Positions 49,525 through 58,507 of a stretch of DNA of 64,000 bases are shown here, one piece after another (position 1 is the stretch's first letter; each line of letters starts with the position of its first letter). A model generated the notes under the pieces. That model was not told the origin of the DNA, did not search any database, and worked only from the letters and a program-made list of their open reading frames with translations. The DNA is from an uncultured Bacteroidales bacterium (GTDB lineage: Bacteria; Bacteroidota; Bacteroidia; Bacteroidales; UBA10428). Where the stretch lies: the NCBI GenBank assembly GCA_964406315.1, contig CAYORG010000002.1, positions 11,286-75,285 on the forward strand. The letters run 5' to 3'. The translations under genes and the position numbers were made by a program.

Positions 49525-49856
49525 AAACGAAAAACAGAATGATCTTTATATTTATGAAGGATTTGCCTTGGATGCCTGATATCATAAAAGACTACCTCCT
49601 CAAAATTTTTCAATAAATATTCTACAGGCATATCCAATAACCAGCCACTGCCAAGAATCGAAACTCTTTTCGATTTATTTTCTTCCAGACACTCAATAAT
49701 AAATTTCTTTGTATTGGTTAAATGTTTGTCCCAATTGTTTTTTTCAGAAATATATCTTCTCGCAATACCTTCCTGATCTTTAAAATATCCCATTTTTCTT
49801 AAACTCCTTTGTAAAGGAAAGAGATTTAATTTAAAATCTGAAAGACTATTCTTCAT
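49521..49856 (-). CDS. Hypothetical Rossmann-like protein (possible methyltransferase N-terminal half), split from the next ORF
   Basis: VSILGSGWLLD (GxG-type nucleotide/SAM loop) followed by VVFYDIRHP. It ends at UUU UGA within a T5 run. Confidence 0.45.
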   Translation of the reverse strand: MKNSLSDFKLNLFPLQRSLRKMGYFKDQEGIARRYISEKNNWDKHLTNTKKFIIECLEENKSKRVSILGSGWLLDMPVEYLLKNFEEVVFYDIRHPRQILHKYKDHSVFRF

Positions 49857-50113
49857 GCGATATAAATATCTTATTTTAAGCCTTTTAATAAGTGTTATAA
49901 AGTAAATTCACGCAACAATTCTGTTATACAAATGTATCAATCTAATCTGTTTTCGCAGAAGAATTTTGGTCGTTCATGGAATTGTGATAAAATATTGATG
50001 TCTGAACAAACCAAGTTTATAACTTTGCGTATATGATCTCGAGTTAAAATACGAACAAAAAAAATTGGCACAGTAGTTGATTTATTAGCAGTAACTATTC
50101 AAAATTAATCATC

Positions 50114-50701
50114 ATGATAAAAACAAAAATTCTTTTCAGTCTTATAGTATCATTAGCTTTGGGGTATGCATCAGAAACACATGGCCAAGCAACCTTAGAT
50201 ACTATTTTTAAAATTGAAGGAAAGGTGATGCCTGTTGATGTTGTGAAAGTTACTCAGAATTATGTGAGTTTTCTTGTTCCAGGTTCACCTGAAACATATA
50301 CTATGGAACGTAAACAGATTCATAAAATAATTTATAAAAATGGTCGCATTGAAGAATACAACAAGCCTGTATTTGAAATGGTTGACGACTATTCATGGGA
50401 AGCTGTCTGGCTGACCGAAGACCGCAGAGAAGTCGCAGAATTATACAAACGAGGAAAAATTAGTGCCAAATCGCCAGCAAGTTCACGCAGTCCGAAAGCA
50501 GCAAAAAAGAATGCTACCATACGTCTGCAGAAAAAAGCTGCTTCGATGAAGGGTGTCGTCGTCCTTGTAACAAAGAGACAAGCTACAGGAGGTTATGGTG
50601 AATATCCCGGATATTATATCGAAGGTATCGTGTATGGAACAGAACCACTGGAGGAAGAATATGTGGATGAGGATCTGATTGACGGGAATGTAGTCCTATA
50701 A
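50114..50701 (+). CDS. Hypothetical secreted protein
   Basis: Signal-like N-terminus. I recognised no family. Confidence 0.5.
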   Translation: MIKTKILFSLIVSLALGYASETHGQATLDTIFKIEGKVMPVDVVKVTQNYVSFLVPGSPETYTMERKQIHKIIYKNGRIEEYNKPVFEMVDDYSWEAVWLTEDRREVAELYKRGKISAKSPASSRSPKAAKKNATIRLQKKAASMKGVVVLVTKRQATGGYGEYPGYYIEGIVYGTEPLEEEYVDEDLIDGNVVL

Positions 50702-50721
50702 AAAACAGAAATCAGGAACTT

Positions 50722-50754
50722 AAGGAGCCAATTTGTATTGACTCCTTTTTTTTA
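50722..50754 (+). terminator. Rho-independent terminator after the 50114-50701 gene
   Basis: aaggagcc...gactcctt stem (7/8 complementary) followed by a run of 8 T. It overlaps the lplA 3' end. Confidence 0.5.
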
Positions 50755-51726
50755 AAATATGTTTTGTAAAATTGATTCAATAATACCGGTTGTTTTCAAT
50801 TGCATTTTGTTTAAAGCTTCTTCAATAACGTTATAGTCATATTTGATTCCAATCAGCCCTCTTGGGAAGTTTTCTTCCAATTCCCTAATTGCTTTTGATG
50901 TAAGTTTAGCTTCCTGAACAATTCCATTCCTGATTTTTAAATTTAATTCCAGTCTTATTGTTTTATAAATTATAGTCTTCTGTATTTCAAATTCCGGAGA
51001 ATATCCAAAAATCCATTCCCATGTACAATATTTACTATTTCTAAGCTCAATGATTTTTTCTCTTTCTTGTTTTGTAAATTGATATTCACAAGTATTTGTA
51101 TAATACTCTTTTATGAAATGAAAAAAGTCCATTATAAAACGATCAATATCGATATTGGCAGTTAAAAACTCCGAAATATTCCCTACTTCCGAGCGATTTG
51201 ATTGAACTGCTTTATCAATATATATTCCAGTCTTTTTGTCAATAGAATCTCGTAATAGCTCCAGGTTTGTATTAAAGAGCAATGTTCCGTGATGCAATAC
51301 ACGATTTTTATAAATATGTTCAGCGTTTCCCGAGATTTTTAAACCGTTTACAAAGATTTCGTTTTTTGTTCCCGGTCTGGCCAGTATGTTTTTCGAATGA
51401 AGAAATTCAATCACAGGTTTAAAATACCTTGCGAAGTCTACCAGCTTACCTTTCTCGCCATTCATGATAAATGTGAAGTTCAGGTTGCCGGTATCATGAT
51501 AAACAGTTCCTCCTCCGGTAAGTCGTCTTGCAACTGGGATTTTATAATCCTTTATAAAACGATAATTAATCTCAGCCATTGCATTCTGATGTTTTCCCAC
51601 TACAACGCATGGATCCGACTGCCAAAGCATAAAATAATTTTCTTCTTTGGTTTTCAGAAGATACTCTTCAGAAGCCAGATTGAAATAAATATCTTTGTTC
51701 CCTGTTAATATGCAATGCATTCGCAT
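50752..51726 (-). CDS. lplA: Lipoate--protein ligase
   Basis: VARRLTGGGTVYHDTGNLNFTFI and GLKISGNAEH. 324 aa. Confidence 0.9.
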   Translation of the reverse strand: MRMHCILTGNKDIYFNLASEEYLLKTKEENYFMLWQSDPCVVVGKHQNAMAEINYRFIKDYKIPVARRLTGGGTVYHDTGNLNFTFIMNGEKGKLVDFARYFKPVIEFLHSKNILARPGTKNEIFVNGLKISGNAEHIYKNRVLHHGTLLFNTNLELLRDSIDKKTGIYIDKAVQSNRSEVGNISEFLTANIDIDRFIMDFFHFIKEYYTNTCEYQFTKQEREKIIELRNSKYCTWEWIFGYSPEFEIQKTIIYKTIRLELNLKIRNGIVQEAKLTSKAIRELEENFPRGLIGIKYDYNVIEEALNKMQLKTTGIIESILQNIF

Positions 51727-51789
51727 TTCAGATGAATAGATTATATTAGTATTTTAACTTATCAATTCATTCTGTCAAAAATAATCCAA

Positions 51790-53013
51790 ATGGAAAAGCT
51801 AATCGAAAGATTCCTAAAGTATGTTAAGATCAATACCCAATCTGACGAAAAAACTGATCAATGTCCTACAAATCCTGTCGAGCTTGAATTTGCCAAAGAA
51901 CTTGCCTGTGAACTCAAGGATTTGGGTCTGAAAGATGTGGAAGTTGATGAAAATGGTTACCTTATGGCTACATTGCCTTCCAATACAAAAAAAGCTGTTC
52001 CGGCTATCGGGTTTATTGCGCATCTTGATACAAGTCCCGATTGCATTGGTGAAAATGTAAATCCAAAGATCTGGGAGAATTATTTTGGAAAAAATCTTGT
52101 TTTGAATGAAAAGAAAAATATTATCCTTTCGCCAAGAGAATTCCCCGCATTGAACCATTATATCGGTCAGCCCATTATTACCACTGATGGAACAACATTA
52201 CTGGGGGCCGATAATAAGGCAGGAGTTGCTGAAATTGTTACTGCCATGGAATACTTGATAAATCATCCTGAAATCAGGCATGGCAAAATCAGAATTGCTT
52301 TTACACCAGACGAGGAAATTGGTCGTGGTGCAGATAAATTTGATGTAAAGAAATTTGGAGTTGATTTTGCATATACCATTGACGGAGGACCCATTGGTGA
52401 GCTTGAGTATGAAAATTTCAATGCAGCAAGAGCAAAAATAAACATCCAGGGATTGAATGTTCATCCGGGAACAGCAAAACACAGGATGAAAAACTCTATG
52501 CTTCTGGCTCTTGAATTGGAACGGATGCTGCCTCAGAATGAAAAACCTGAGTATACTGAAGATTACGAAGGATTTTACCACCTCACTGAATTTCACGGAA
52601 CCGTTGACAGTACAAACATCAGCTATATTATCCGTGACCATGATAAAGAAGAATTTGCCAGAAAAAAGAATCTTCTGATAAAGATTGTCGATCACCTGAA
52701 TTTAAAGTATGGAGCTGGTACAATTAAGCTTACTCTGGTTGATCAATATTACAATATGAAAGAGAAGATCGAGTCTGTATTTCATATCATTGAACTGGCT
52801 TTGAATGCAATGAAAGAAACGGGTGTGACTTCAAGGGTTAAGCCTATTCGCGGTGGTACTGACGGAGCCAGACTTTCCTATATGGGCCTTCCATGTCCCA
52901 ATATTTTCAGTGGCGGGCATAACTTCCACAGCAGGTACGAGTTTATTCCCATCCGTTCAATGGAAAAAGCCGTTGAGGTAATAGCAAAAATTGCGGAACT
53001 GAATGCAAAATGA
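51790..53013 (+). CDS. pepT: Peptidase T (tripeptide aminopeptidase, M20B)
   Basis: LIERFLKYVKINTQSDE, GFIAHLDTSPD, LLGADNKAGVAEI, TPDEEIG and GGTDGA. Confidence 0.95.
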   Translation: MEKLIERFLKYVKINTQSDEKTDQCPTNPVELEFAKELACELKDLGLKDVEVDENGYLMATLPSNTKKAVPAIGFIAHLDTSPDCIGENVNPKIWENYFGKNLVLNEKKNIILSPREFPALNHYIGQPIITTDGTTLLGADNKAGVAEIVTAMEYLINHPEIRHGKIRIAFTPDEEIGRGADKFDVKKFGVDFAYTIDGGPIGELEYENFNAARAKINIQGLNVHPGTAKHRMKNSMLLALELERMLPQNEKPEYTEDYEGFYHLTEFHGTVDSTNISYIIRDHDKEEFARKKNLLIKIVDHLNLKYGAGTIKLTLVDQYYNMKEKIESVFHIIELALNAMKETGVTSRVKPIRGGTDGARLSYMGLPCPNIFSGGHNFHSRYEFIPIRSMEKAVEVIAKIAELNAK

Positions 53014-53060
53014 ACTGCCTCGTAGCAGAGCTGTCGAGGTATCAAAAAGGAACTTAAATT
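53002..53060 (+). repeat. Short 3'-end repeat module, copy 2 (related to 46121-46172)
   Basis: aatgcaaaatgaactgcctcgtagcagagctgtcgaggtatcaaaaaggaacttaaattc. It overlaps the last codons and stop of pepT and contains a cctcg/cgagg hairpin. Confidence 0.55.
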
Positions 53061-53114
53061 CTATCGCTGCAAGCAACGGAGTACCAGCCTGTCCGGCTGG
53101 CAGGTTAAACTCAT

Positions 53115-53197
53115 TTATCCCGATACATTACACTATCGGGATTCGTTCAACTTACAAATTCCAATGCACTACGTTTTTGAAATTTGAGTTTCACGAA
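53115..53197 (+). repeat. 83-nt two-hairpin repeat module, copy 2
   Basis: Same architecture as 22843-22925. Hairpin 1 stems are identical and the loops differ. Hairpin 2 shows two compensatory base-pair changes. Confidence 0.7.
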
Positions 53198-53225
53198 TAA
53201 ATAATTGGCCGGCCTTGATTGTAAA

Positions 53226-53257
53226 ATCAAAAAAATCCCGCTTGTAAAGCGGGATTT
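53226..53257 (-). terminator. Rho-independent terminator of the ABC efflux operon
   Basis: aaatcccgc / gcgggattt stem with a small loop. On the minus strand it is followed by a T-run (the A-run at 53228-53235 on the plus strand). Confidence 0.6.
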
Positions 53258-53314
53258 CGTAACCTAAAACCTATCTATGAAAAGAGTTGATTCAATTCAA
53301 AAATTCAACCCATA

Positions 53315-54433
53315 TTAACCTTCGTGTTGTTCAGTTTTATCTACTTCAATTTCTGCTCCCTTGATTTTATCTTCTATATTCAACCCTGACTTTACCTCAA
53401 TATTTATGCCATCCGATAGTCCTGTTTCAATATATCTTTTCTCAAATATCTGCGGATCTGTTTCAACCTCAACATATGTCGAATCACTTTCCTTTTCAAA
53501 CTTCACCAAACCTTCCGGTATCACCATCACACTATCTCTCCTGTCAAGTACAATATCTGCATTTGCACTGTATCCTGCCCGAATAAATGCATCTTCACTG
53601 ATGGTTACCTGAGCCTTGATCTCAAACTGGACTGTCCCGTTTTCTTCGACACCTTTCGGAGATATATATTCAAGAATGGCATCGAATTTCTGACTTTCAA
53701 TAGCTCCAATGGTAAGTTCCAGCTTCATACCTTCCCTGATTTTCCCAACTTCGGTCTCGTCAATCTGACCTTCAAAAATCATCTCTCCCATATCTGCAAC
53801 CGATGCAATAGTTGTTCCTTCATTGAATGTATTTGCTTGTATTACGGAAGTTCCAACTTCAACCGGCACATCAAGTACCATGCCTTCAATAGTAGAACGA
53901 ATCAGTGTATTCGATGTTCCTCCCGATTTTTTTGTTATACCATCTTTTATCAGTTGAAGGTTATTTTCAGCGGCTTCAATTTCTTCAAGTGCCGAATTGT
54001 ATTCTGTACGTACTTTCTGAAATTCTGCCTCAGGAATTACACCTTGTTCATAAACTTTCTTTTGTCTGTCATAAACAAGTTTGGCATCTTCAAGCTGTAA
54101 TTGAGCTTTGTTCAATCTTGATTCGGCGGTGTTGAGAGCAACCATATCAGGAATGATTTTAACCTTGGCTATAAGATCGCCTTTCTTTACATGTTCTCCT
54201 GCTTCCACATAAATTTCAGATACAATACCCGAAACCTGTGGTTTAATCGTAATTTCTCTCCGGGGAATCACCGAACCCGTTGCTACCGACTTCTTTATAA
54301 CATCAGAGACAAATGGTGTTTTGGTTTCAAAAACTGTATCTTTCTTTTTTGATTTACTGTACAACATCACCAGGCTGCCTAAAACAGCGATTGTAAAAAC
54401 AGCAGCCAGAATAATACGAATTACCTTTTTCAT
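53315..54433 (-). CDS. Efflux transporter periplasmic adaptor subunit (HlyD/MacA-like)
   Basis: N-terminal anchor, a lipoyl-like hairpin (QVSGIVSEIYVEAGEHVKKGDLIA), a coiled-coil and beta-barrel domains. Confidence 0.85.
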   Translation of the reverse strand: MKKVIRIILAAVFTIAVLGSLVMLYSKSKKKDTVFETKTPFVSDVIKKSVATGSVIPRREITIKPQVSGIVSEIYVEAGEHVKKGDLIAKVKIIPDMVALNTAESRLNKAQLQLEDAKLVYDRQKKVYEQGVIPEAEFQKVRTEYNSALEEIEAAENNLQLIKDGITKKSGGTSNTLIRSTIEGMVLDVPVEVGTSVIQANTFNEGTTIASVADMGEMIFEGQIDETEVGKIREGMKLELTIGAIESQKFDAILEYISPKGVEENGTVQFEIKAQVTISEDAFIRAGYSANADIVLDRRDSVMVIPEGLVKFEKESDSTYVEVETDPQIFEKRYIETGLSDGINIEVKSGLNIEDKIKGAEIEVDKTEQHEG

Positions 54434-54453
54434 GTTTTGATATTTATTATTTA

Positions 54454-55719
54454 TTAATTCTCATCACGTATAGCCTCAATTGGCTTAATAGATACTGCCC
54501 GTTTTGCGGGAATCATTCCGGCAAATATTCCTGCCAGGATCAATATGATCAATGCTTTGATGGCAATACCAAATTCCACCTCCGGATTCAAGAACATTAT
54601 TTCATTCGGATCTGCATTTGCAAGTGCTTTGTTTACAAAAGCAATTACATAAATCCCCAATGCCATTCCGGTCATTCCGGCAAGAGATGTTAAAAAAACA
54701 GATTCAGAAATAACGGTCGATATGATCTTAAAAGGAGTTGCACCCATAGCACGTTTAATTCCAAATTCCTTTGTTCTTTCCTTGATAATGATTAACATGA
54801 TATTACTGACACCTATTACACCAGCCATGAGAGTCCCTATTCCAACAATCCATATCAATCCCCGAATGCCCAGGAATAATCCTCTCATTTTCTTAAACTC
54901 CTTTCCTACATTATTATATCCAAACGCTCCATCGTCATCAGGATGCAAACTGTGCCTTTGTGCAAGAATGGTTTTCACCTGATCTTCAATATCAACAATG
55001 TCATACTCCGGTTTGCCAACAATAGAAAAATGATCAACTATATCCGGATAATTGTAAACTTGTTCCGTAGTACTGAAAGGTATAAACAAGATTGAATTTT
55101 GACTTTCTCCCCAACCCCCTGTGTGTTTTGACTTATAAACACCAATTACCTGAAAATACATGCCATTTAACTTAATATATTTTTCAGTTGCCGGTTCTCC
55201 ATTCTTGAATAATTCCTCGTAAATTCTGTAACCAAGCAGGGCAACTTTTCTTTTGTGAATGATATCAAATTCGTTGATAAATCTACCTTCTACTATATTC
55301 ACCGGATCTACCCTGTTCTCATCGGGCATAATACCCTCCACTCTGAATTCTCCCTTTTGCTTTTTATAAATTGCTATTGATGTAACCTGCCACCCTCCTC
55401 CGTGTACGGTTGGAGTTATTATATCTATTCCGGGTACCTGGTTTTTTATTGCATGCATATCACTCAGCTCAAACCTATACCATCGGTTTCTCGGAAATCC
55501 TTTATACGGTATAGTAGTAGCTTGCGCCCAAATGAACATACTATTCGTAGCAAAATCGCCCATGCCGGATGATACCCCGTGTTCAAGACCGGATCCTGCT
55601 CCAAGCATTATCATAAGCATCAGGATTCCCCAAAATACTCCAAATGCTGTTAAACCTGTTCGAAGTTTATTCTTTTTCAGCGTATGAAAAATTTCCTGCC
55701 ATTTATCGTAATCAATCAT
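54454..55719 (-). CDS. ABC transporter permease (MacB/FtsX-like)
   Basis: N-terminal TM, a large periplasmic domain and a C-terminal FtsX 3-TM bundle (ERTKEFGIKRAMGA). Confidence 0.85.
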   Translation of the reverse strand: MIDYDKWQEIFHTLKKNKLRTGLTAFGVFWGILMLMIMLGAGSGLEHGVSSGMGDFATNSMFIWAQATTIPYKGFPRNRWYRFELSDMHAIKNQVPGIDIITPTVHGGGWQVTSIAIYKKQKGEFRVEGIMPDENRVDPVNIVEGRFINEFDIIHKRKVALLGYRIYEELFKNGEPATEKYIKLNGMYFQVIGVYKSKHTGGWGESQNSILFIPFSTTEQVYNYPDIVDHFSIVGKPEYDIVDIEDQVKTILAQRHSLHPDDDGAFGYNNVGKEFKKMRGLFLGIRGLIWIVGIGTLMAGVIGVSNIMLIIIKERTKEFGIKRAMGATPFKIISTVISESVFLTSLAGMTGMALGIYVIAFVNKALANADPNEIMFLNPEVEFGIAIKALIILILAGIFAGMIPAKRAVSIKPIEAIRDEN

Positions 55720-55730
55720 AATAGTATATT

Positions 55731-56954
55731 TTATTCGTCATGCAAAGCAACGACCGGTTGAATATTAGCTGCTTTCCTTGCCGGAATATATCCGGCGACA
55801 ACTCCTGCCAGTACAATTGCCAGTGTGGCAAGAATAGCAACAGTAAAATCAATCCCCGGATTTCGGAAATACTGTGTTGCAGGCATTGCTTTTGTAATCC
55901 CTTCCAATAAGAGAACACCTAATACAAGCCCGACATAACCTGCAATTGAAGTTATTAAAATAGACTCCTGAATGATCATCCAAATAATTGAGCCCGGTTT
56001 TGCTCCTATTGCTTTTCTTACTCCTATTTCTTTTGTTCGTTCTTTCACTACAATCAACATGATATTACTTACACCTACAATTCCGGCAATAATTGTGAAA
56101 ATGCCAATGATAAGAACAAACAAATTAATGCCTTTAAACAGAGCATTCATTCTCTGATGTTCCTCAATAGCGTTCCAACTCCACATGGCACGCTGATCTT
56201 CCGGATTGAAATTGTATTTTCTTGCAAGTGTGGTACGAATATCTTCAAGCATTGCATTCGACTGATCAACAGATGCGTCACCCGCTGTAAATGTAATAGC
56301 CTGAACCCTGTTCTTGCTGATGAACGTTTTCTGTGCTAATGAAATAGGGATAAACAACCTTTTTGTTTCATTCTCATGCACATCGCCAAAAACGCCAACC
56401 ACCTTAAAATTTATACCATTTAGTTTGATATATTTACCAATCGGATCCTCATCTTTAAATAGCTGATCCTTTACTAAAGTTCCGATAACTGCAACCTTCC
56501 TGTATTCTTGAATATCTAACTTATTCAATAACCTCCCTGATATCAGTTTAACATTTTCTACGACCAAATGCCCGGGATGAACAGCCAACACATTAAAATC
56601 ACCGTAATTATTTTTATAGCTGATAGCATCAGAGTAAACATAATGCCTTGCGGATAAATTTTCAATATGCTCATAACGATCCTTTAACAGTTTAAGGTCT
56701 TCATTAGTCAATTCAATGTCTCTGCCTGCATTCAGACCATTGTATGCCATGCTTGTTCTTCCTCCACCCATCCATACACTGTTTTTTGCATCGCTAAAAT
56801 TGTACATTACTCCTTTGGCGAGTCCATTGCCGGAACCCAATAGGATCACCAGCATAAAAATCCCCCAGGCAACACTGAAGCCAGTTAAAAAAGTCCGTAA
56901 TTTATTTTTTCTTATTGTGGCAAATATTTCCTGCCATTGGTCCAGATCAAGCAT
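55731..56954 (-). CDS. ABC transporter permease (MacB/FtsX-like), second paralog
   Basis: A start at [11 protein letters not shown] mirrors the paralog's MIDYDKWQEIF and overlaps the ATPase stop by 8 nt (ATGCTTGA). It carries [14 protein letters not shown]. Confidence 0.85.
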   Translation of the reverse strand: MLDLDQWQEIFATIRKNKLRTFLTGFSVAWGIFMLVILLGSGNGLAKGVMYNFSDAKNSVWMGGGRTSMAYNGLNAGRDIELTNEDLKLLKDRYEHIENLSARHYVYSDAISYKNNYGDFNVLAVHPGHLVVENVKLISGRLLNKLDIQEYRKVAVIGTLVKDQLFKDEDPIGKYIKLNGINFKVVGVFGDVHENETKRLFIPISLAQKTFISKNRVQAITFTAGDASVDQSNAMLEDIRTTLARKYNFNPEDQRAMWSWNAIEEHQRMNALFKGINLFVLIIGIFTIIAGIVGVSNIMLIVVKERTKEIGVRKAIGAKPGSIIWMIIQESILITSIAGYVGLVLGVLLLEGITKAMPATQYFRNPGIDFTVAILATLAIVLAGVVAGYIPARKAANIQPVVALHDE

Positions 56955-57642
56955 AATATGGTTGTTTAAGTGGTTTGTATTCCTTCTCAATATTACCATC
57001 TGTCAGCTTAATAATCCTGCCTGTTCGTTCTGAAATATCTTTTTCATGAGTAACAATTATGACTGTAATACCCTTGCTATTCACTTTCTGAAAAACATCC
57101 ATAACTTCAAAAGAAGTCTGGGAATCAAGTGCACCGGTAGGTTCGTCAGCAAGTATTATTTTTGGATTTGCAATCAATGAGCGTGCAATAGCTACCCTCT
57201 GTTTCTGTCCTCCCGAAAGTTCACTGGGCAAATGCTCTGCCCATTCTACGAGACCCATTTCATCCAGATATTCCATTGCAATAGCATTTCTTTTCTTACG
57301 ACTAACTCCCTGATAATAAAGAGGCAATGCTACATTCTCCATGGCATTTTTAAAAGAAATCAGGTTAAAAGACTGAAAAACAAAACCAATCATCCTGTTT
57401 CTGTACCACGCAGCCTTTTTCTCGCTCAATCCTTTCATCAATTTATTATCCAGGTAATAATTTCCCTTATCATAAACATCAAGTATACCTATAACATTTA
57501 ATAAAGTAGATTTCCCGGATCCTGATGATCCGACAATTGATACCAATTCTCCCGATTCAATGGTGAGATCGATCCCTTTTAAAACATGCAAACTATTGTT
57601 GCCCGTTACATAAGATTTGTGAATTTTTTCAAGACGAATCAT
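56947..57642 (-). CDS. ABC transporter ATP-binding protein (MacB/LolD type)
   Basis: GSSGSGKST Walker [15 protein letters not shown] signature and [11 protein letters not shown] Walker B. Confidence 0.95.
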   Translation of the reverse strand: MIRLEKIHKSYVTGNNSLHVLKGIDLTIESGELVSIVGSSGSGKSTLLNVIGILDVYDKGNYYLDNKLMKGLSEKKAAWYRNRMIGFVFQSFNLISFKNAMENVALPLYYQGVSRKKRNAIAMEYLDEMGLVEWAEHLPSELSGGQKQRVAIARSLIANPKIILADEPTGALDSQTSFEVMDVFQKVNSKGITVIIVTHEKDISERTGRIIKLTDGNIEKEYKPLKQPYYA

Positions 57643-57767
57643 ATATAGTATTCTTAGATTACAATGAATTGATTTTTCAATGATTATGCCAATTGATATA
57701 CAATATTGTCTTACAGATAATTAAGACATTCTATCAAACCGAATCACTTATTTATTTCATACAGTTT

Positions 57768-57807
57768 GTGTACAATAATGATACAGGGCATGTACGATAT
57801 TGTACAC
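57768..57807. promoter_or_regulatory. Perfect 10-bp inverted repeat with a 20-nt spacer in a divergent promoter region (candidate operator)
   Basis: gtgtacaata (57768-57777) and tattgtacac (57798-57807). A third tgtac lies inside the spacer. Confidence 0.3.
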
Positions 57808-57914
57808 TCCCTCTGTCAGTATTCGCTTTATTCTATAAATAACGCAACCATTTGACCTTGTATTGCATCACATAAATGGCAGCGATTAAAGATTCAATTT
57901 ATCAATAAAAACCG

Positions 57915-57922
57915 TAAATTTG
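57915..57922 (+). promoter_or_regulatory. Candidate -7 promoter box (TAAATTTG) for the ECF sigma gene
   Basis: TAnnTTTG 22 nt upstream of the predicted TTG start. Confidence 0.3.
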
Positions 57923-57943
57923 AATTACTGGATTTATTAATAA

Positions 57944-58507
57944 TTGGTTGATAATATTGAACATATAATCGAAGGTTGCCGCCGAAATGACTCTGCAGCT
58001 CAAAAACTGCTGTATCTGGAGTATAGCGGGTGCATGTTTGGTGTTTGCTTAAGGTATGCAGGATCCAGGCAGGATGCAGAAGATATTTTGCACGAAGGTT
58101 TTTTAAAAATATTTGAAAAGATCCAACAATTCAAATCCAGAGGATCTTTTGTTGGATGGATGAGAAAAATTATGGTGAATACAGCATTGGAGAAGTTTAG
58201 GAACCAATACAAGGTTGTATCTATGACGGAAGATGCACAGGAATTTGAACAAACTGCATACGAGGATATTAATGTGAATCTGACAGCAATGGAACTGATG
58301 AATTTTATCCAGGAATTGTCACCACAGTACAGAACGGTTTTTAACATGTATGCAATTGAAGGATATTCTCATAAGGAAATCAGTGATGTATTGCATATTT
58401 CTGAAGGAACTTCAAAGTCAAACCTGTCAAGGGCAAGAATGATTCTCCAGGAAAAAGTGAAGGCATATTATAAACAAGGGTTAAGAAGAGAAGAAAAGTC
58501 ATTATGA
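57944..58507 (+). CDS. RNA polymerase ECF-type sigma-70 factor
   Basis: Region 2 (DAEDILHEGFLKIF) and region 4 (VFNMYAIEGYSHKEISDVLHISEGTSKSNLSRAR). The predicted start is a TTG. Confidence 0.85.
   Translation: MVDNIEHIIEGCRRNDSAAQKLLYLEYSGCMFGVCLRYAGSRQDAEDILHEGFLKIFEKIQQFKSRGSFVGWMRKIMVNTALEKFRNQYKVVSMTEDAQEFEQTAYEDINVNLTAMELMNFIQELSPQYRTVFNMYAIEGYSHKEISDVLHISEGTSKSNLSRARMILQEKVKAYYKQGLRREEKSL

Noticed and set aside
12056-51726. lipA-lipB plus a distant lplA, considered as an unusual lipoate system
   Set aside because: De novo (LipA/LipB) and salvage (LplA) routes commonly coexist, and the genes are not clustered.
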